Assembly: GCA_035649495.1 (NCBI GenBank)
Contig: DASRJL010000110.1
Span: 37,219 to 101,218, forward strand
Reading direction: 5' to 3'
Source: Burkholderiales bacterium
GTDB taxonomy: Bacteria > Pseudomonadota > Gammaproteobacteria > Burkholderiales > SG8-41
DNA length: 64,000 nucleotides
Every line of letters starts with the position of its first letter. Within the stretch, counting starts at the first letter, position 1. Positions 29,589-40,237 of this stretch are shown here, one piece after another. The translations under genes were made by a program, and so were the position numbers. A model generated the notes under the pieces. That model was not told where the DNA came from and did no database searches. It worked only from the letters and a program-made list of their open reading frames with translations.

Positions 29589-30644
29589 ATGATGATCGAT
29601 TTCGCCAGCATGACCTTCCTGTGGGCCGGGATGCTATGGCTGCTCGCCGCGGTGCCGGCGTTCGTCGCGCTCTACGTGTGGCTCATCGCGCGCGGCAGGA
29701 AGGTCGCCCTGCGCTACGCGAGCCTCGGCCTGGGCGGTGAGACGCCGGGCACGGCCGCGAGAATCCGGCGTCACGTGCCGGCCGTCCTCCTGCTCCTCGG
29801 CTTGAGCGCCATGCTGTTCGCGGTCTCGCGGCCGCACGCATCGCTCACCATGCCGGCGCGGCAGGAAACCGTCATCCTCGCCATGGACGTCTCGGGCAGC
29901 ATGCGGGCGACCGACATCAAGCCGAACCGGCTCGCGGCCGCGCAGGCGGCGGCCAAGGCGTTCGTCGCGAAGCAGCCGCGGCACGTCCGCATCGGCGTCG
30001 TGGCGGTCGCAGGCGCGGCGGCGGTCGTGCAATCGCCGACCGACAACCGCGACGACATCGTCCAGGCGATCGACCGGTTCCAGCTGCAGCGCGGCTCCGC
30101 GATCGGCAGCGGCCTCCTGATGGCGCTCGCCACGCTGCTGCCCAACTCGGGCATAGACGTCGAGCAGTTGAGTTTCGGCCGCCAGTCGCGGCCCTGGCTG
30201 CGCGATCAACGCAAGGCCGAGGAGCACAAGCCCGTGCCGCCGGGATCGAACGGCTCCGCCGCGATCGTGCTCCTGTCCGACGGCGAGGCCAATACCGGTT
30301 TCGATCCGATGGAAGCCGCTAAAATGGCCGCCGAGCGCGGGGTGCGTATCTTTACGGTGGGCGTAGGCACCAAGGAGGGCACGACCCTGGGCTTCGACGG
30401 CTGGTCCATGCGCGTGCGGCTGAACGAGGACGTGCTGAAGAAAATCGCCGCGACCACGGAGGGCGAGTACTTCCAGGCGACGACTGCGCCCGACCTGACG
30501 GCGATCTACAAGCAGCTCACGACGCGGATCGCGCTCGAGAAGAAGCGCACGACGGAGGTGACGGCGCTCTTCGTGGCGATCGGCGCGGCGCTCGCGCTGC
30601 TCGGAGTGCTGCTTTCGATGTTCTGGTATAACCGCATCCTCTAG
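29589..30644 (+). CDS. VWA domain-containing membrane protein (BatA-like)
   Basis: Same architecture as 25237..26298 (LAMDVSGSM, DRFQLQRG.AIGSGL, C-terminal TM). It is the last gene of the MoxR operon. Confidence 0.8.
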   Translation: MMIDFASMTFLWAGMLWLLAAVPAFVALYVWLIARGRKVALRYASLGLGGETPGTAARIRRHVPAVLLLLGLSAMLFAVSRPHASLTMPARQETVILAMDVSGSMRATDIKPNRLAAAQAAAKAFVAKQPRHVRIGVVAVAGAAAVVQSPTDNRDDIVQAIDRFQLQRGSAIGSGLLMALATLLPNSGIDVEQLSFGRQSRPWLRDQRKAEEHKPVPPGSNGSAAIVLLSDGEANTGFDPMEAAKMAAERGVRIFTVGVGTKEGTTLGFDGWSMRVRLNEDVLKKIAATTEGEYFQATTAPDLTAIYKQLTTRIALEKKRTTEVTALFVAIGAALALLGVLLSMFWYNRIL

Positions 30645-30712
30645 GACAACCGCTGCCACGCCGTCCGCGGTTTTCCTTTCATCGAAGACCAAACAATAAG
30701 GGAAGGACAATC

Positions 30713-31702
30713 ATGATTCGCTTCAGAGCGGCCGCTCGCGCGGCTTGCATGGCCGTTGCTTTGACCGGTTTCGCGTTCGCCACTGGTCAATCACTCGCTC
30801 AGGCCTATCCCACGAAACCGATCAGATACCTCGTCGGCTTCACGCCGGGCACGGCCACCGACATCGTCGCGCGCATGGTGAGCCAGAAGCTGACGGAGCG
30901 CTGGGGCCAGCAGGTCATCGTCGACAACCGCGTGGGCGCCGCCGGAACGATCGCCGTCGCCACGGCGGCACGCTCGGCGCCCGACGGCCACACCCTGTAC
31001 ATGGCGTCGTCGACCATGGTGGTGAGCCCCTATTTCATACCGAACGTGAGCTACGACATCTTCAAGGATTTCGATCCGGTGATCCTCATGGTGAGCCTGC
31101 CCACGGTGATGATCGTCCCGCCGCAGTTGAAGCTGGGCTCCGTGCGTGATTTCATCGCACTGGCAAAGGCAAAACCGCGACAGCTGAACTATGCGCACTC
31201 CGGCCGCGGCACCGGCAGCCACGTCGGCGCGGAGATGCTCTCCGCCCTCGCCGGGATCGAGTTGACCGAGATCTCTTTCAAGTCCTCTACCGACGCGCTG
31301 AACGGCGTCATCCAGGGAGAAATCGCGGTCTATTTTCCGAACCTGGCCGCGGCGATGCCCATGATCAAGCAGGGCCGGGTCAAGGCGCTCGCCGTCAGCA
31401 CCGCAAAACGCTCCCCGGTCACGCCCGATATTCCCGGCATGTCGGAAAGCCTGCCCGGCTTCGACACGGCGGCCTTCTACGGTATCGTCGTCCCCGCCAG
31501 GACGCCGCGCCCGGTGATCTCGAAGCTGAACGCGGAAGTGACGTCCATACTCGACCTCCCGGACATACGCGAGCGGCTCACGGGGCTCGGCGCGGAAGTC
31601 ATCGCCGGCGCGCCGGCCACGCTTACCGCGCGCATGAAGACCGAGCAGGAGCAGGTCGTCAAAGTGGTGCGGAGGATCGAAGTGAAGGAAGGCAAGCGAT
31701 AG
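30713..31702 (+). CDS. Bug-family (TctC-like) tripartite tricarboxylate transporter substrate-binding protein
   Basis: Signal peptide, then YPTKPIRYLVGF.PG...D..AR, NR.GAAG and SGRGTGSH. 329 aa. Confidence 0.85.
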   Translation: MIRFRAAARAACMAVALTGFAFATGQSLAQAYPTKPIRYLVGFTPGTATDIVARMVSQKLTERWGQQVIVDNRVGAAGTIAVATAARSAPDGHTLYMASSTMVVSPYFIPNVSYDIFKDFDPVILMVSLPTVMIVPPQLKLGSVRDFIALAKAKPRQLNYAHSGRGTGSHVGAEMLSALAGIELTEISFKSSTDALNGVIQGEIAVYFPNLAAAMPMIKQGRVKALAVSTAKRSPVTPDIPGMSESLPGFDTAAFYGIVVPARTPRPVISKLNAEVTSILDLPDIRERLTGLGAEVIAGAPATLTARMKTEQEQVVKVVRRIEVKEGKR

Positions 31703-32458
31703 TTAAAAAGGGAATAGCCGCTGAATTACCGCGTCGGCGTTTGCATCGAAGTACCGTCCATGGCTGAGCAGGATACGCTGCGGATGCCAAGATTGAATTC
31801 TGCGGAATGCGACCTCGGTCTTCTTTCTTTGTAGCAGGAGCGGCAACCTCATGCCGAAAAAGATTTGCCCGTGCGGATGATACATCCCGCTGAGCTTCGT
31901 AGCCGTTCGCCAAGGTTCAGTGATCTTGTGCAGCTCTAGATTGATAATCGTGTCAGCGAGGATCAGCGTTTCGGACGCCTTGTGGAAGAAAACAAACTCT
32001 TTGAAGATACCGCCCGGAACCAAAGTCTGGTCGATTTCGGTGCGCCATTCCTCGGGTGGATTCGCTGCAAGGTCTCGGGTGAAATGAACATTAACCTGTC
32101 GCGCGCGCGCCCGTCGTCGCACACCAGGCGATGCCCAGGTGCTCGCTTCCGGAAACGCCTTCTGCCACTCCCCTATATGTGCGTAGTGGAACTGATTGGG
32201 CGATACAAGATGGCGAACGGTTCCTAACGTCTGAAGCTGAACTGCCAATTGTTTATCAAAGGCAATAGGTGAGTGCAGGAAAAGGTCGCCATTCGCGAGG
32301 CGAACCACTGTCATCCGCGTCGTAAAGGGTAGCGGCATTCGCAGTCCGGCTACTGTCAGATATTCGAACGGCCCATCGACGATACCGATGTCCGACGCCA
32401 CCGGTTTATAAGTATTTATCGGTTCGTAGAGAATGGGGGCCATGTTGCTCTCTGCCAT
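31703..32458 (-). CDS. DUF4336-like protein (metallo-beta-lactamase-fold related)
   Basis: Motifs RMTVVRL..G.L.LHSP, VRHLVSPN..H and LILADTI match my recollection of DUF4336. AT-richer than the flanks. Confidence 0.55.
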   Translation of the reverse strand: MAESNMAPILYEPINTYKPVASDIGIVDGPFEYLTVAGLRMPLPFTTRMTVVRLANGDLFLHSPIAFDKQLAVQLQTLGTVRHLVSPNQFHYAHIGEWQKAFPEASTWASPGVRRRARARQVNVHFTRDLAANPPEEWRTEIDQTLVPGGIFKEFVFFHKASETLILADTIINLELHKITEPWRTATKLSGMYHPHGQIFFGMRLPLLLQRKKTEVAFRRIQSWHPQRILLSHGRYFDANADAVIQRLFPF

Positions 32459-32606
32459 TCCATGCGAACCTGATAGGCCGGGTCGCCTGCAGCGTGCTGC
32501 GTCCAGGTATTCCCGCCTTTGGGACGATGGGCATCGTCAGCATCCTAATTGATGACTGCCGTGAAGGCAGCGGTGACTCGGGCAAATAGGTACCCGCGTC
32601 GCCACC

Positions 32607-33116
32607 CTAAGCGGGCGGTATGCGATGCAGGAATAGCTCGATGGTTCGGACAAAAATAAATCCGAAGACACACAGAGCCCACGTAAGGACAATCGCGTAC
32701 GGCCCAGCGCCAGGCGGGAATGCGAGTCCGATGACGTTGAGCCAGAGAGCGGCGACCGCCAGGATCGAACCCGCGTAAATGATGATTACCCAAGGGGGAA
32801 ACTTGCCCTCCACGGCGCGGCGACGGCGGAATTGGATAAGCATAACGACGGTGAAGATCGAAGCAGCTACTGCGCTGGACAATGGCCAAACTACAGTTTC
32901 ACGAACATGAAGAAGATTCAGAAGAGTAGGAATCAAGGCCAGAGCCGTCACCAGAAATCCGCCTTCTATGTAAAGGCGCACGAGACGGAGGTGCCTATCG
33001 GACAGCTCCCCTCCCAATGCGCCTCGCAAAGTGACAACCACCGATGAAAACCCAACGAATGACAACGAAAGCGTTGCGAGGCGAAGAAGATAGTCAGATT
33101 CTCCCGGTGTCACCAT
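32607..33116 (-). CDS. Hypothetical integral membrane protein (about 5 TM)
   Basis: Multiple hydrophobic helices. No family was recognised. Start taken at MVTPGES. Confidence 0.4.
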   Translation of the reverse strand: MVTPGESDYLLRLATLSLSFVGFSSVVVTLRGALGGELSDRHLRLVRLYIEGGFLVTALALIPTLLNLLHVRETVVWPLSSAVAASIFTVVMLIQFRRRRAVEGKFPPWVIIIYAGSILAVAALWLNVIGLAFPPGAGPYAIVLTWALCVFGFIFVRTIELFLHRIPPA

Positions 33117-33347
33117 TGGGCTCCCTTTCTCGTCAGGCAACCGGCCTCCCCGTGTGCACAAGCAAGTCCCTGCGACGCTCTAGTCTGAAGAGCGAAAACT
33201 CGTATGTCCACACGAAGTGGACTGTATCCTGGCCCCAGTGAACAGGCACCTGTGGCAAACATTGATTTGAATCAAATGGGGCGATGGTAGGCCTGCTAGA
33301 ATAAGCATCGTTGCCAGCCCAAGGCCGGGCCATTACCATTGGTTTCA

Positions 33348-33707
33348 ATGAGTCTTTCAAGAGCAGCTAAGCGTTATCTGGCAGCGGTGTTTGCTGTCGT
33401 GATGTTGCTTTGCCAGAGCCTGGCTTTGGCGAATGCGTGCCTATCTGGTGCGGCAACCACTGAAGGCGCATCCGCCCCTTGTCATGATTCCGATGACTCG
33501 ACGAAGAGTTTCGGCCAAGACCGTTGCCACCAAGCCTCGCCCGCGTCGGCGGTAAGTACCGATCTGCCCGCGGTAACCGATCTTCCGCTGCTAGCAATCA
33601 ACGTTATCCCTGTCGAAGTACAGGAACATTCGGTAGCCTCTGAGCCACCGCAGCTGTGCTTCGAGCCGCCTCCCCTCAGATTCGTTCTTTGTTGTCTTCG
33701 TAATTAG
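33348..33707 (+). CDS. Hypothetical secreted Cys/His-containing protein upstream of the cus operon (CzcI-like position)
   Basis: A signal-like N-terminus is followed by C..., PCHD, RCHQ and a terminal LCCL. This placement, directly 5' of the outer-membrane factor, is typical of small metal-efflux accessory proteins. Family assignment is not verified. Confidence 0.4.
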   Translation: MSLSRAAKRYLAAVFAVVMLLCQSLALANACLSGAATTEGASAPCHDSDDSTKSFGQDRCHQASPASAVSTDLPAVTDLPLLAINVIPVEVQEHSVASEPPQLCFEPPPLRFVLCCLRN

Positions 33708-33775
33708 ATCCTCCGCTTAGGTTGTGCGGCGGCCATGGTGGTCGTCGTGTTGCCGTACGTCCATTCGGAGGGTTT

Positions 33776-35068
33776 ATGCGTCTCTTTTTCGCGTCTGCTG
33801 CGTTCCGGTCCTGTTTTGCCGCGTGCTTCCTTTTCCTGCTCAGCACAGGCGCAAGCCACGCCGCTGACGCGCTGAGCCTGACGGACGCCCAGCGCATTGC
33901 AGCTGATCGTTCGCGCCAATTGGCGGCCCAGGACCGGGCGGTCTTTGCATCCCGCGAGATGGCGGTCGCAGCTGCCCAGCTACCCGACCCGACGCTCAAA
34001 GCAGGTGTTGAGAACCTCCCGGTGAACGGCGCGGACGCCTTCAGTCTCACCAAGGACTTCATGACTATGCGCCGCATCGGCGTGATGCAGGAGTTCACCC
34101 GGTCTGAGAAGCGCCTGCTTCGCGCTGAGAAATTCGAGCGCGAAGCCGAGAGGACGACTACCGAAAAAGCGGCAACGCTGGCCACCGTACAACGCGACAC
34201 CGCTCTCGCCTGGCTGGATCGTTACTTCGCGGAAGCAATGGCAGCCGTAGTGATCGAGCAAACCAAGGCGGCCCGGCTTGAAATAGAAGCCGCCGAGACA
34301 GCGTATCGCGCCGGTCGCGGCAATCAGGCGGAGATCTTCGCGGCTCGCACCGCTGTTGTATCCCTCGAGGATCGGGCAAGCGAAACGGACCGGCGCGTGC
34401 GCACGGCGAAGAACTCGCTCGCGCGCTGGGTGGGCGAGGTCGCGGACAAGCCACTTGGCACAAAGCCGGGCATAGACGCGTTGTCGCATCTCAATGCGCA
34501 CGATCTCGATAACCAGCTCGTTAACCACCCTGAAATAGCAAGTCTTGCAAAGCAGGTCGAGATTGCGAGAACCGAAGCGAGGCTTGCCCAGGCCAACAAG
34601 CAACCGGACGTAACCGCGGAGCTTATGTATGCCCAGCGCGGTCCTGCCTATTCGAACATGGTGTCGTTCGGAATCGCGATACCGCTGCAGTGGGATCAGA
34701 AGAATCGCCAGAACCGGGAAGTGGCCGCGAAACTCGCCATGGCCGAGCAGGCGGAAGCCCAGCGCGAGGAAATGCTTCGGGCGCACGTGGCCGAAGTGCG
34801 CAACATGGTAAACGAGTGGGAAAACCTCAAGGAGCGCCGCGCCCGTTACAGCCGCGAGCTTCTGCCTCTCTCAGCCCAGCGCACTGAAGCGGTCACAACC
34901 GCCTACCGCGGCGCCCGATCTACCCTGGGTGAGGTGTTCGCGGCTCGCCGCAACGAGATCGACGTTCGCCTTCAGGCACTTCAACTCGAAGCCGAGCAGG
35001 CCAGGATCTGGGCACAGCTCAACTTCCTCATTCCGCATTCGACCGTAGCCTTGGAGAACGCGCGATGA
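33776..35068 (+). CDS. cusC: TolC-family outer-membrane efflux protein (CusC/CzcC-like)
   Basis: Signal peptide, two OEP repeats, and typical L.L..A...A...S..L.A strings. Start at MRLFF is preceded by GGAGGG. Confidence 0.8.
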   Translation: MRLFFASAAFRSCFAACFLFLLSTGASHAADALSLTDAQRIAADRSRQLAAQDRAVFASREMAVAAAQLPDPTLKAGVENLPVNGADAFSLTKDFMTMRRIGVMQEFTRSEKRLLRAEKFEREAERTTTEKAATLATVQRDTALAWLDRYFAEAMAAVVIEQTKAARLEIEAAETAYRAGRGNQAEIFAARTAVVSLEDRASETDRRVRTAKNSLARWVGEVADKPLGTKPGIDALSHLNAHDLDNQLVNHPEIASLAKQVEIARTEARLAQANKQPDVTAELMYAQRGPAYSNMVSFGIAIPLQWDQKNRQNREVAAKLAMAEQAEAQREEMLRAHVAEVRNMVNEWENLKERRARYSRELLPLSAQRTEAVTTAYRGARSTLGEVFAARRNEIDVRLQALQLEAEQARIWAQLNFLIPHSTVALENAR

Positions 35069-36627
35069 AGGCGAAAACGCTCGTCGTTGCGCTCGTGGTT
35101 GCCCTGCTGGCTGGGGGTGGAGGTTATGCCGCGTATCGCCTGGGGATGAATCGCGGGATGCACATGGCCGGACCTGCGGACTCCACGCAGACAACCGCGA
35201 GGCCCCAGAGAGCCGGCGATGTCGATCCAGGTACCGGCAAGAAAGTCCTCTACTGGCACGACCCCATGGTACCGGGCCAGCGTTTCGACAAGCCGGGCAA
35301 GTCGCCCTTCATGGACATGCAGCTTGTTCCCGTCTACGAGGGCGGAGCCAGCCAAGAGGGTGCAGTGGCCATCGATCCACGGGTGCAGCAGAACCTCGGA
35401 ATACGCACCGCCGAGGTTCGACCCGTCGCCCTCACGACTGGAATTGAAGTGGTGGGTAGCGTCGCCTACAACGAGCGTGATGTCGCCGTCGTACAGGCGC
35501 GCGTCAATGGCTATGTTGAAAGGCTACTCGTCCGTGCGCCTCTCGATCCGGTGCGCAAGGGACAGGCGCTCGCCGAACTCTATGCGCCAGATTGGGTCGC
35601 CGCCCAGGAAGAATATCTGTCGGTCAAGCGCATGCCGGGCGGCGGTCTCGAAGGCCTGCTCGATGCGGCGCGCCAGCGCATGCGGCTCGCCGGCATGACG
35701 GAAGACCAGATTCGCTTGGTCGAATCCAGCGGTAAGGTTCATGCGCGGCTGGTCGTGACAGCGCCTCTTGGCGGAGTGATTTCTGAACTGAACGCTCGCG
35801 AAGGCATGACCGTCATGTCAGGAGCGCCGCTTTTCCGGATAAACGGACTGGGCACAGTCTGGGTTAACGCAGAGGTCCCTGAAAGTCAGGCCTCCTTCGT
35901 CCGCCCCGGTGTTGCCGTGGAAGCCCGGGCAGTGGCGCTAACAGGTACGGCGCTCAAAGGCCGGGTCAACGCCCTCCTCCCCGACGTGAACCCGACCACC
36001 CGCACCCTCAAAGCGAGGATCGAGCTGCCCAACCCCGGCAATCGGCTGGTGCCAGGAATGTTTGTCACGGTGAGCTTTGCGCCGGAGTCGCGCCAGGAGG
36101 TCCTGTCGGTCCCGACCGAGGCCGTCATTCGTACCGGCACCCGCAGCGTCGTGATCGTTGCGCAGGGCGAAGGCAAATTCTCCGTTGTGGATGTTGAAGT
36201 TGGAATGGAGAGCAACGGCCAGAGTGAGGTCCGCAAAGGACTGCAGGCCGGGCAGAAGGTGGTCGTCTCCGGGCAGTTCCTTCTGGATTCGGAAGCCAAC
36301 CTGCGCGGAAGTACTGCCCGCATGAGCGAAATGCCCGGAGCCCCTGCCACACCCGCCGCCCCTGCTTCAAAAGGCGGACAAACAAACCATCGCGGCACCG
36401 GCACCGTGACCGAGATCGACGCGGCCAAAGGCCACGTCCAGCTTGATCACGGCGCGATCCCCTCCATGAGCTGGCCCGCGATGCAAATGGGTTTCGCCGT
36501 CAGCGACAAGGCCGTCCTCGCCCGGCTCAAGAAGGGCGACAAGGTCGAATTCGAAGTCCGAGGGAAGCCCAATCCGCAAGGCGACTACGTGATCGAGAAG
36601 ATCGCGCCTGCGGGGAGTAAGCCGTGA
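35065..36627 (+). CDS. cusB: RND periplasmic adaptor (CusB-like) with C-terminal CusF-like metal-binding domain
   Basis: Contains [29 protein letters not shown] (the CusB N-terminal metal site region), an HlyD-like barrel, and a C-terminal [34 protein letters not shown] CusF-type fold. The ATGA overlaps cusC. Confidence 0.85.
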   Translation: MKAKTLVVALVVALLAGGGGYAAYRLGMNRGMHMAGPADSTQTTARPQRAGDVDPGTGKKVLYWHDPMVPGQRFDKPGKSPFMDMQLVPVYEGGASQEGAVAIDPRVQQNLGIRTAEVRPVALTTGIEVVGSVAYNERDVAVVQARVNGYVERLLVRAPLDPVRKGQALAELYAPDWVAAQEEYLSVKRMPGGGLEGLLDAARQRMRLAGMTEDQIRLVESSGKVHARLVVTAPLGGVISELNAREGMTVMSGAPLFRINGLGTVWVNAEVPESQASFVRPGVAVEARAVALTGTALKGRVNALLPDVNPTTRTLKARIELPNPGNRLVPGMFVTVSFAPESRQEVLSVPTEAVIRTGTRSVVIVAQGEGKFSVVDVEVGMESNGQSEVRKGLQAGQKVVVSGQFLLDSEANLRGSTARMSEMPGAPATPAAPASKGGQTNHRGTGTVTEIDAAKGHVQLDHGAIPSMSWPAMQMGFAVSDKAVLARLKKGDKVEFEVRGKPNPQGDYVIEKIAPAGSKP

Positions 36628-39600
36628 TCGCCGGTCTTATCCGCTGGTCGATCGCCAACCGTTTCCTGGTGCTGTTGGTGAGCGTGCTCGTGGCCGCATG
36701 GGGAACGGTGTCTTTGCTCCGCACACCGCTCGACGCGCTACCCGACCTTTCGGATACGCAGGTCATCATCCGCACCCCATTCCCCGGGCAGGCGCCGCGC
36801 ATCGTCGAGGACCAGGTTACCTATCCCCTTTCGACCACGATGATGTCGGTCCCAGGCGCGAAGACCGTGCGCGGGTATTCGATGTTCGGGGACTCCTTCG
36901 TCTACATCCTGTTCGAGGACGGCACCGATCCCTATTGGGCACGATCTCGTGTTCTGGAATACCTCAACCAGGTGCAGTCGCGACTCCCCGCAGGCGCGAA
37001 ACCTGCGCTCGGACCCGACGCCACTGGCGTGGGCTGGATTTACCAATACGCGCTCGTAGACAGGACGGGGAACAACGACCTGGGCCAACTGCGTGCTTTG
37101 CAGGACTGGTTCCTGCGCTATGAGTTGAAATCCGTGCCCGACGTGGCCGAAGTCGCTTCGGTCGGCGGGATGGTACGCCAGTACCAGATCGTGCTCCTCC
37201 CGGAGCGGCTGCGGGCCTACGGCATTTCCCACGGCCGCGTGATACAGGCCGTGCAGAACGCGAACCGGGAGACCGGTGGCTCGGTGCTCGAATTGGGCGA
37301 AGCCGAATACATGGTACGCGCGAGCGGCTATCTGAAAACCCTCGAGGATTTCGCTGCAGTACCGCTGCTCACCACCGAGGCCGGCACGCCCGTCATGTTG
37401 AAGGACGTGGCGCGCATCCAGATCGGGCCGGAAATGCGCCGCGGCATCGCCGAGCTGGACGGAGAAGGTGAAGTGACGGGAGCCATCGTCATCATGCGCC
37501 ACGGCAAAAACGCGCTCACCACCATCGCAGCAGTCAAAGAGAAGATGGCCACGTTGAAGGCAAGCCTGCCAACCGGCGTCGAGATCGTCGAGACCTATGA
37601 TCGCTCCGGGCTCATCGAGCGTTCCGTGCGTCACCTCGCACAAAAGCTGCTTGAGGAATTTGCCGTCGTCGCCTTGGTCTGTCTTGTCTTCCTCCTTCAC
37701 CTGCGCAGTGCTTTCGTCGCTATCGTGACGTTGCCTCTTGGGGTGCTGGCGGCGTTTATCGTGATGCACTACCAGGGCGTCAACGCGAACATCATGTCAC
37801 TGGGCGGCATCGCAATCGCCATCGGCGCCATGGTCGACGCCGCGATCGTAATGATCGAAAATGCCCACAAGAGGCTCGAAGCATGGCATCACGCTCATCC
37901 AGAGGTGGAGCTGTCGGTCTCCGAGCGTTGGCGAGTGATCGGTGATGCAGCCGCCGAAGTGGGCCCGGCACTTTTCTTTTCGCTACTCATCATCACACTC
38001 TCGTTCGTTCCGGTATTCGCGCTGCAGGCGCAGGAAGGCCGGCTCTTCGCCCCCCTCGCTTATACCAAGACCTATGCCATGGCTGCCGCGGCGGGACTCT
38101 CCGTGACACTCGTTCCGGTGCTGATGGGGTATCTCATCCGGGGCCGTATTCCCCAAGAAGGTCGCAATCCGCTAAACCGCCTATTGATAGCCGGATACAG
38201 GCCACTTCTTGCGATCGTCCTTCGCGCGCCCTGGTTGACCATCGCCGTAGCCGTACTCCTGGCGGTTTCGTCGCTCATCCCCTTGAGCCGCCTGGGCACC
38301 GAGTTCCTCCCTCCCCTCGATGAAGGCGATCTCCTTTACATGCCTTCAGCACTGCCTGGGCTTTCCACCGGTAAGGCAGCAGAGCTCCTGCAGCAGACCG
38401 ACCGGCTCATTGCCACCGTGCCCGAAGTAAAGAGGGTCTTCGGCAAAATCGGACGCGCGGAGACCGCAACCGATCCGGCCCCGCTGGAAATGGTCGAAAC
38501 GGTGGTGCAATTGAAGCCTCGCTCGGAGTGGCGTGCCGGGATGACACCGGAGAAACTGGTGGAGGAGCTCGACCGGGTCGTGCGTCTCCCGGGTCTCTCG
38601 AACATCTGGATCCCGCCCATCCGCAATCGCATAGACATGCTCGCGACCGGCATCAAGAGCCCCTTGGGCATCAAGGTATCGGGGAATGACCTCGGCCAGA
38701 TCGAGCAGGTCGCGGGGGAAATAGAACGCGCTGTGAAGGATGTGCCGGGAGTGTCCACCGCCCTTGCGGAACGGGTGCAGGGAGGCCGGTACATCGACAT
38801 ATCGATCGACCGCAACGCCGCCAGCCGGTATGGAATGTCCATCGCGGACGTCCAGTCCGTCGTCTCATCGGCCATCGGCGGGGAAAATATCGGCGAGACC
38901 ATCGAAGGAAGGCGCCGCTTTCCGATCAATGTGCGCTATCCACGTGAATCAAGGGATTCGCTCGAGGGGCTCAAGGCCTTACCCATCGTCACCGAACGCG
39001 GCGCCCAGATTCCGTTGTCAGCAGTCGCCGCGATCAATCTCGCTGACGGGCCGCCAATGCTGCGCTCGGAGAACGCCCGCCTGTCGGGGTGGATCTATGT
39101 CGATATCCGTGGGCGCGATCTTGGTTCTGTCGTCCAGGATGCGCAGCGCGTGGTTGCGCAACGGGTGAAGCTCCCTCCGGGCGTGTCCCTGAGCTGGTCA
39201 GGCCAGTTCGAGTACCTTGAAAGGGCCCGCGCCCGGCTCGTGCTGGTCGTTCCTTTCGTCCTTCTCGTCATCTTCGTGCTGCTCTTTATGACGTTCCAGC
39301 GCATGGACGAGGCCTTGCTCATCATGCTTTCGCTCCCTTTTTCGCTGGTGGGCGGTTTCTGGTTCATCTATGCCCTCGGCCATAATTTCTCCGTAGCGGG
39401 TGCAGTGGGTTTCATCGCACTGGCCGGTGTCGCTGCGGAATTCGGCGTCGTCATGCTGCTCTACCTCAAGCAGGCGGTCGAGCGTCACGGTGTGGGACAC
39501 CTTATGGAGGCAATCGACGAAGGGGCAGTACAGCGCGTTCGACCGAAGGCAATGACCGTCGCGGTCATCATCGCGGGCCTGATCCCGATCATGTGGAGCG

Positions 39601-39743
39601 AAGGCTCCGGCGCCGAAGTCATGCAGCGCATCGCCGCCCCCATGATCGGGGGAATGCTTACAGCCCCTCTGTTGTCAATGTTCGTTATTCCAGCAGCTTA
39701 TCTGTTGTTAAACCGCAACCGCAGGAAAGGAGAAGTGCAATGA
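36624..39743 (+). CDS. cusA: CusA/CzcA-family heavy-metal efflux RND pump
   Basis: The 1039-aa ORF starts IRWSI.NRFLVLL and has 12 TM helices and HME-RND signatures. Confidence 0.95.
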   Translation: MIAGLIRWSIANRFLVLLVSVLVAAWGTVSLLRTPLDALPDLSDTQVIIRTPFPGQAPRIVEDQVTYPLSTTMMSVPGAKTVRGYSMFGDSFVYILFEDGTDPYWARSRVLEYLNQVQSRLPAGAKPALGPDATGVGWIYQYALVDRTGNNDLGQLRALQDWFLRYELKSVPDVAEVASVGGMVRQYQIVLLPERLRAYGISHGRVIQAVQNANRETGGSVLELGEAEYMVRASGYLKTLEDFAAVPLLTTEAGTPVMLKDVARIQIGPEMRRGIAELDGEGEVTGAIVIMRHGKNALTTIAAVKEKMATLKASLPTGVEIVETYDRSGLIERSVRHLAQKLLEEFAVVALVCLVFLLHLRSAFVAIVTLPLGVLAAFIVMHYQGVNANIMSLGGIAIAIGAMVDAAIVMIENAHKRLEAWHHAHPEVELSVSERWRVIGDAAAEVGPALFFSLLIITLSFVPVFALQAQEGRLFAPLAYTKTYAMAAAAGLSVTLVPVLMGYLIRGRIPQEGRNPLNRLLIAGYRPLLAIVLRAPWLTIAVAVLLAVSSLIPLSRLGTEFLPPLDEGDLLYMPSALPGLSTGKAAELLQQTDRLIATVPEVKRVFGKIGRAETATDPAPLEMVETVVQLKPRSEWRAGMTPEKLVEELDRVVRLPGLSNIWIPPIRNRIDMLATGIKSPLGIKVSGNDLGQIEQVAGEIERAVKDVPGVSTALAERVQGGRYIDISIDRNAASRYGMSIADVQSVVSSAIGGENIGETIEGRRRFPINVRYPRESRDSLEGLKALPIVTERGAQIPLSAVAAINLADGPPMLRSENARLSGWIYVDIRGRDLGSVVQDAQRVVAQRVKLPPGVSLSWSGQFEYLERARARLVLVVPFVLLVIFVLLFMTFQRMDEALLIMLSLPFSLVGGFWFIYALGHNFSVAGAVGFIALAGVAAEFGVVMLLYLKQAVERHGVGHLMEAIDEGAVQRVRPKAMTVAVIIAGLIPIMWSEGSGAEVMQRIAAPMIGGMLTAPLLSMFVIPAAYLLLNRNRRKGEVQ

Positions 39744-40111
39744 AACGCCTCGTAACGCTGTCTGCCATTATGGCTCTGTCGATCAGCGCCGCCTTCACCG
39801 TCCAGGCCCAGATGAAGGATATGGACATGCAAAAAGGCATGGACATGAAGGGAATGGAGATGAAGAAGGACGGCGGCAAATCCGGCCAGGGCACGGTCCA
39901 CAAAGGAACCGGCGTGGTGAAAAAAGTCGACGCCGCCAAAGGCGCCGTCACGCTCGATCACGAGCCAATCAAGAGCGCGAACTGGTCGGCCATGACCATG
40001 ACCTTCAACGTCAAGGACAAGAAGATGCTGGAGAACGTGAAGAGCGGGCAGAAGGTCCAGTTTGAATTCGTTCAAGAGGGGAAGGAGAACGTAATCACCA
40101 GCATCAAATAG
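39740..40111 (+). CDS. cusF: Periplasmic copper/silver-binding protein CusF
   Basis: Signal peptide, a Met-rich linker ([17 protein letters not shown]), and the G.G.V..VD.....VTLDHEPI....W.AMTM.F core. The ATG overlaps the cusA stop. Confidence 0.8.
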   Translation: MKRLVTLSAIMALSISAAFTVQAQMKDMDMQKGMDMKGMEMKKDGGKSGQGTVHKGTGVVKKVDAAKGAVTLDHEPIKSANWSAMTMTFNVKDKKMLENVKSGQKVQFEFVQEGKENVITSIK

Positions 40112-40237
40112 GGATCTGCCGGGCAGGCGCATACCATTGCTGCGCCGATGCGTTCACCCCTTGCTACCGTACTCGTCGTGTTCTTCGTGGCGGTCGCCCT
40201 TAACTATCCGAGGTAGCTCGCGCGAAGTGGCTGTTGC

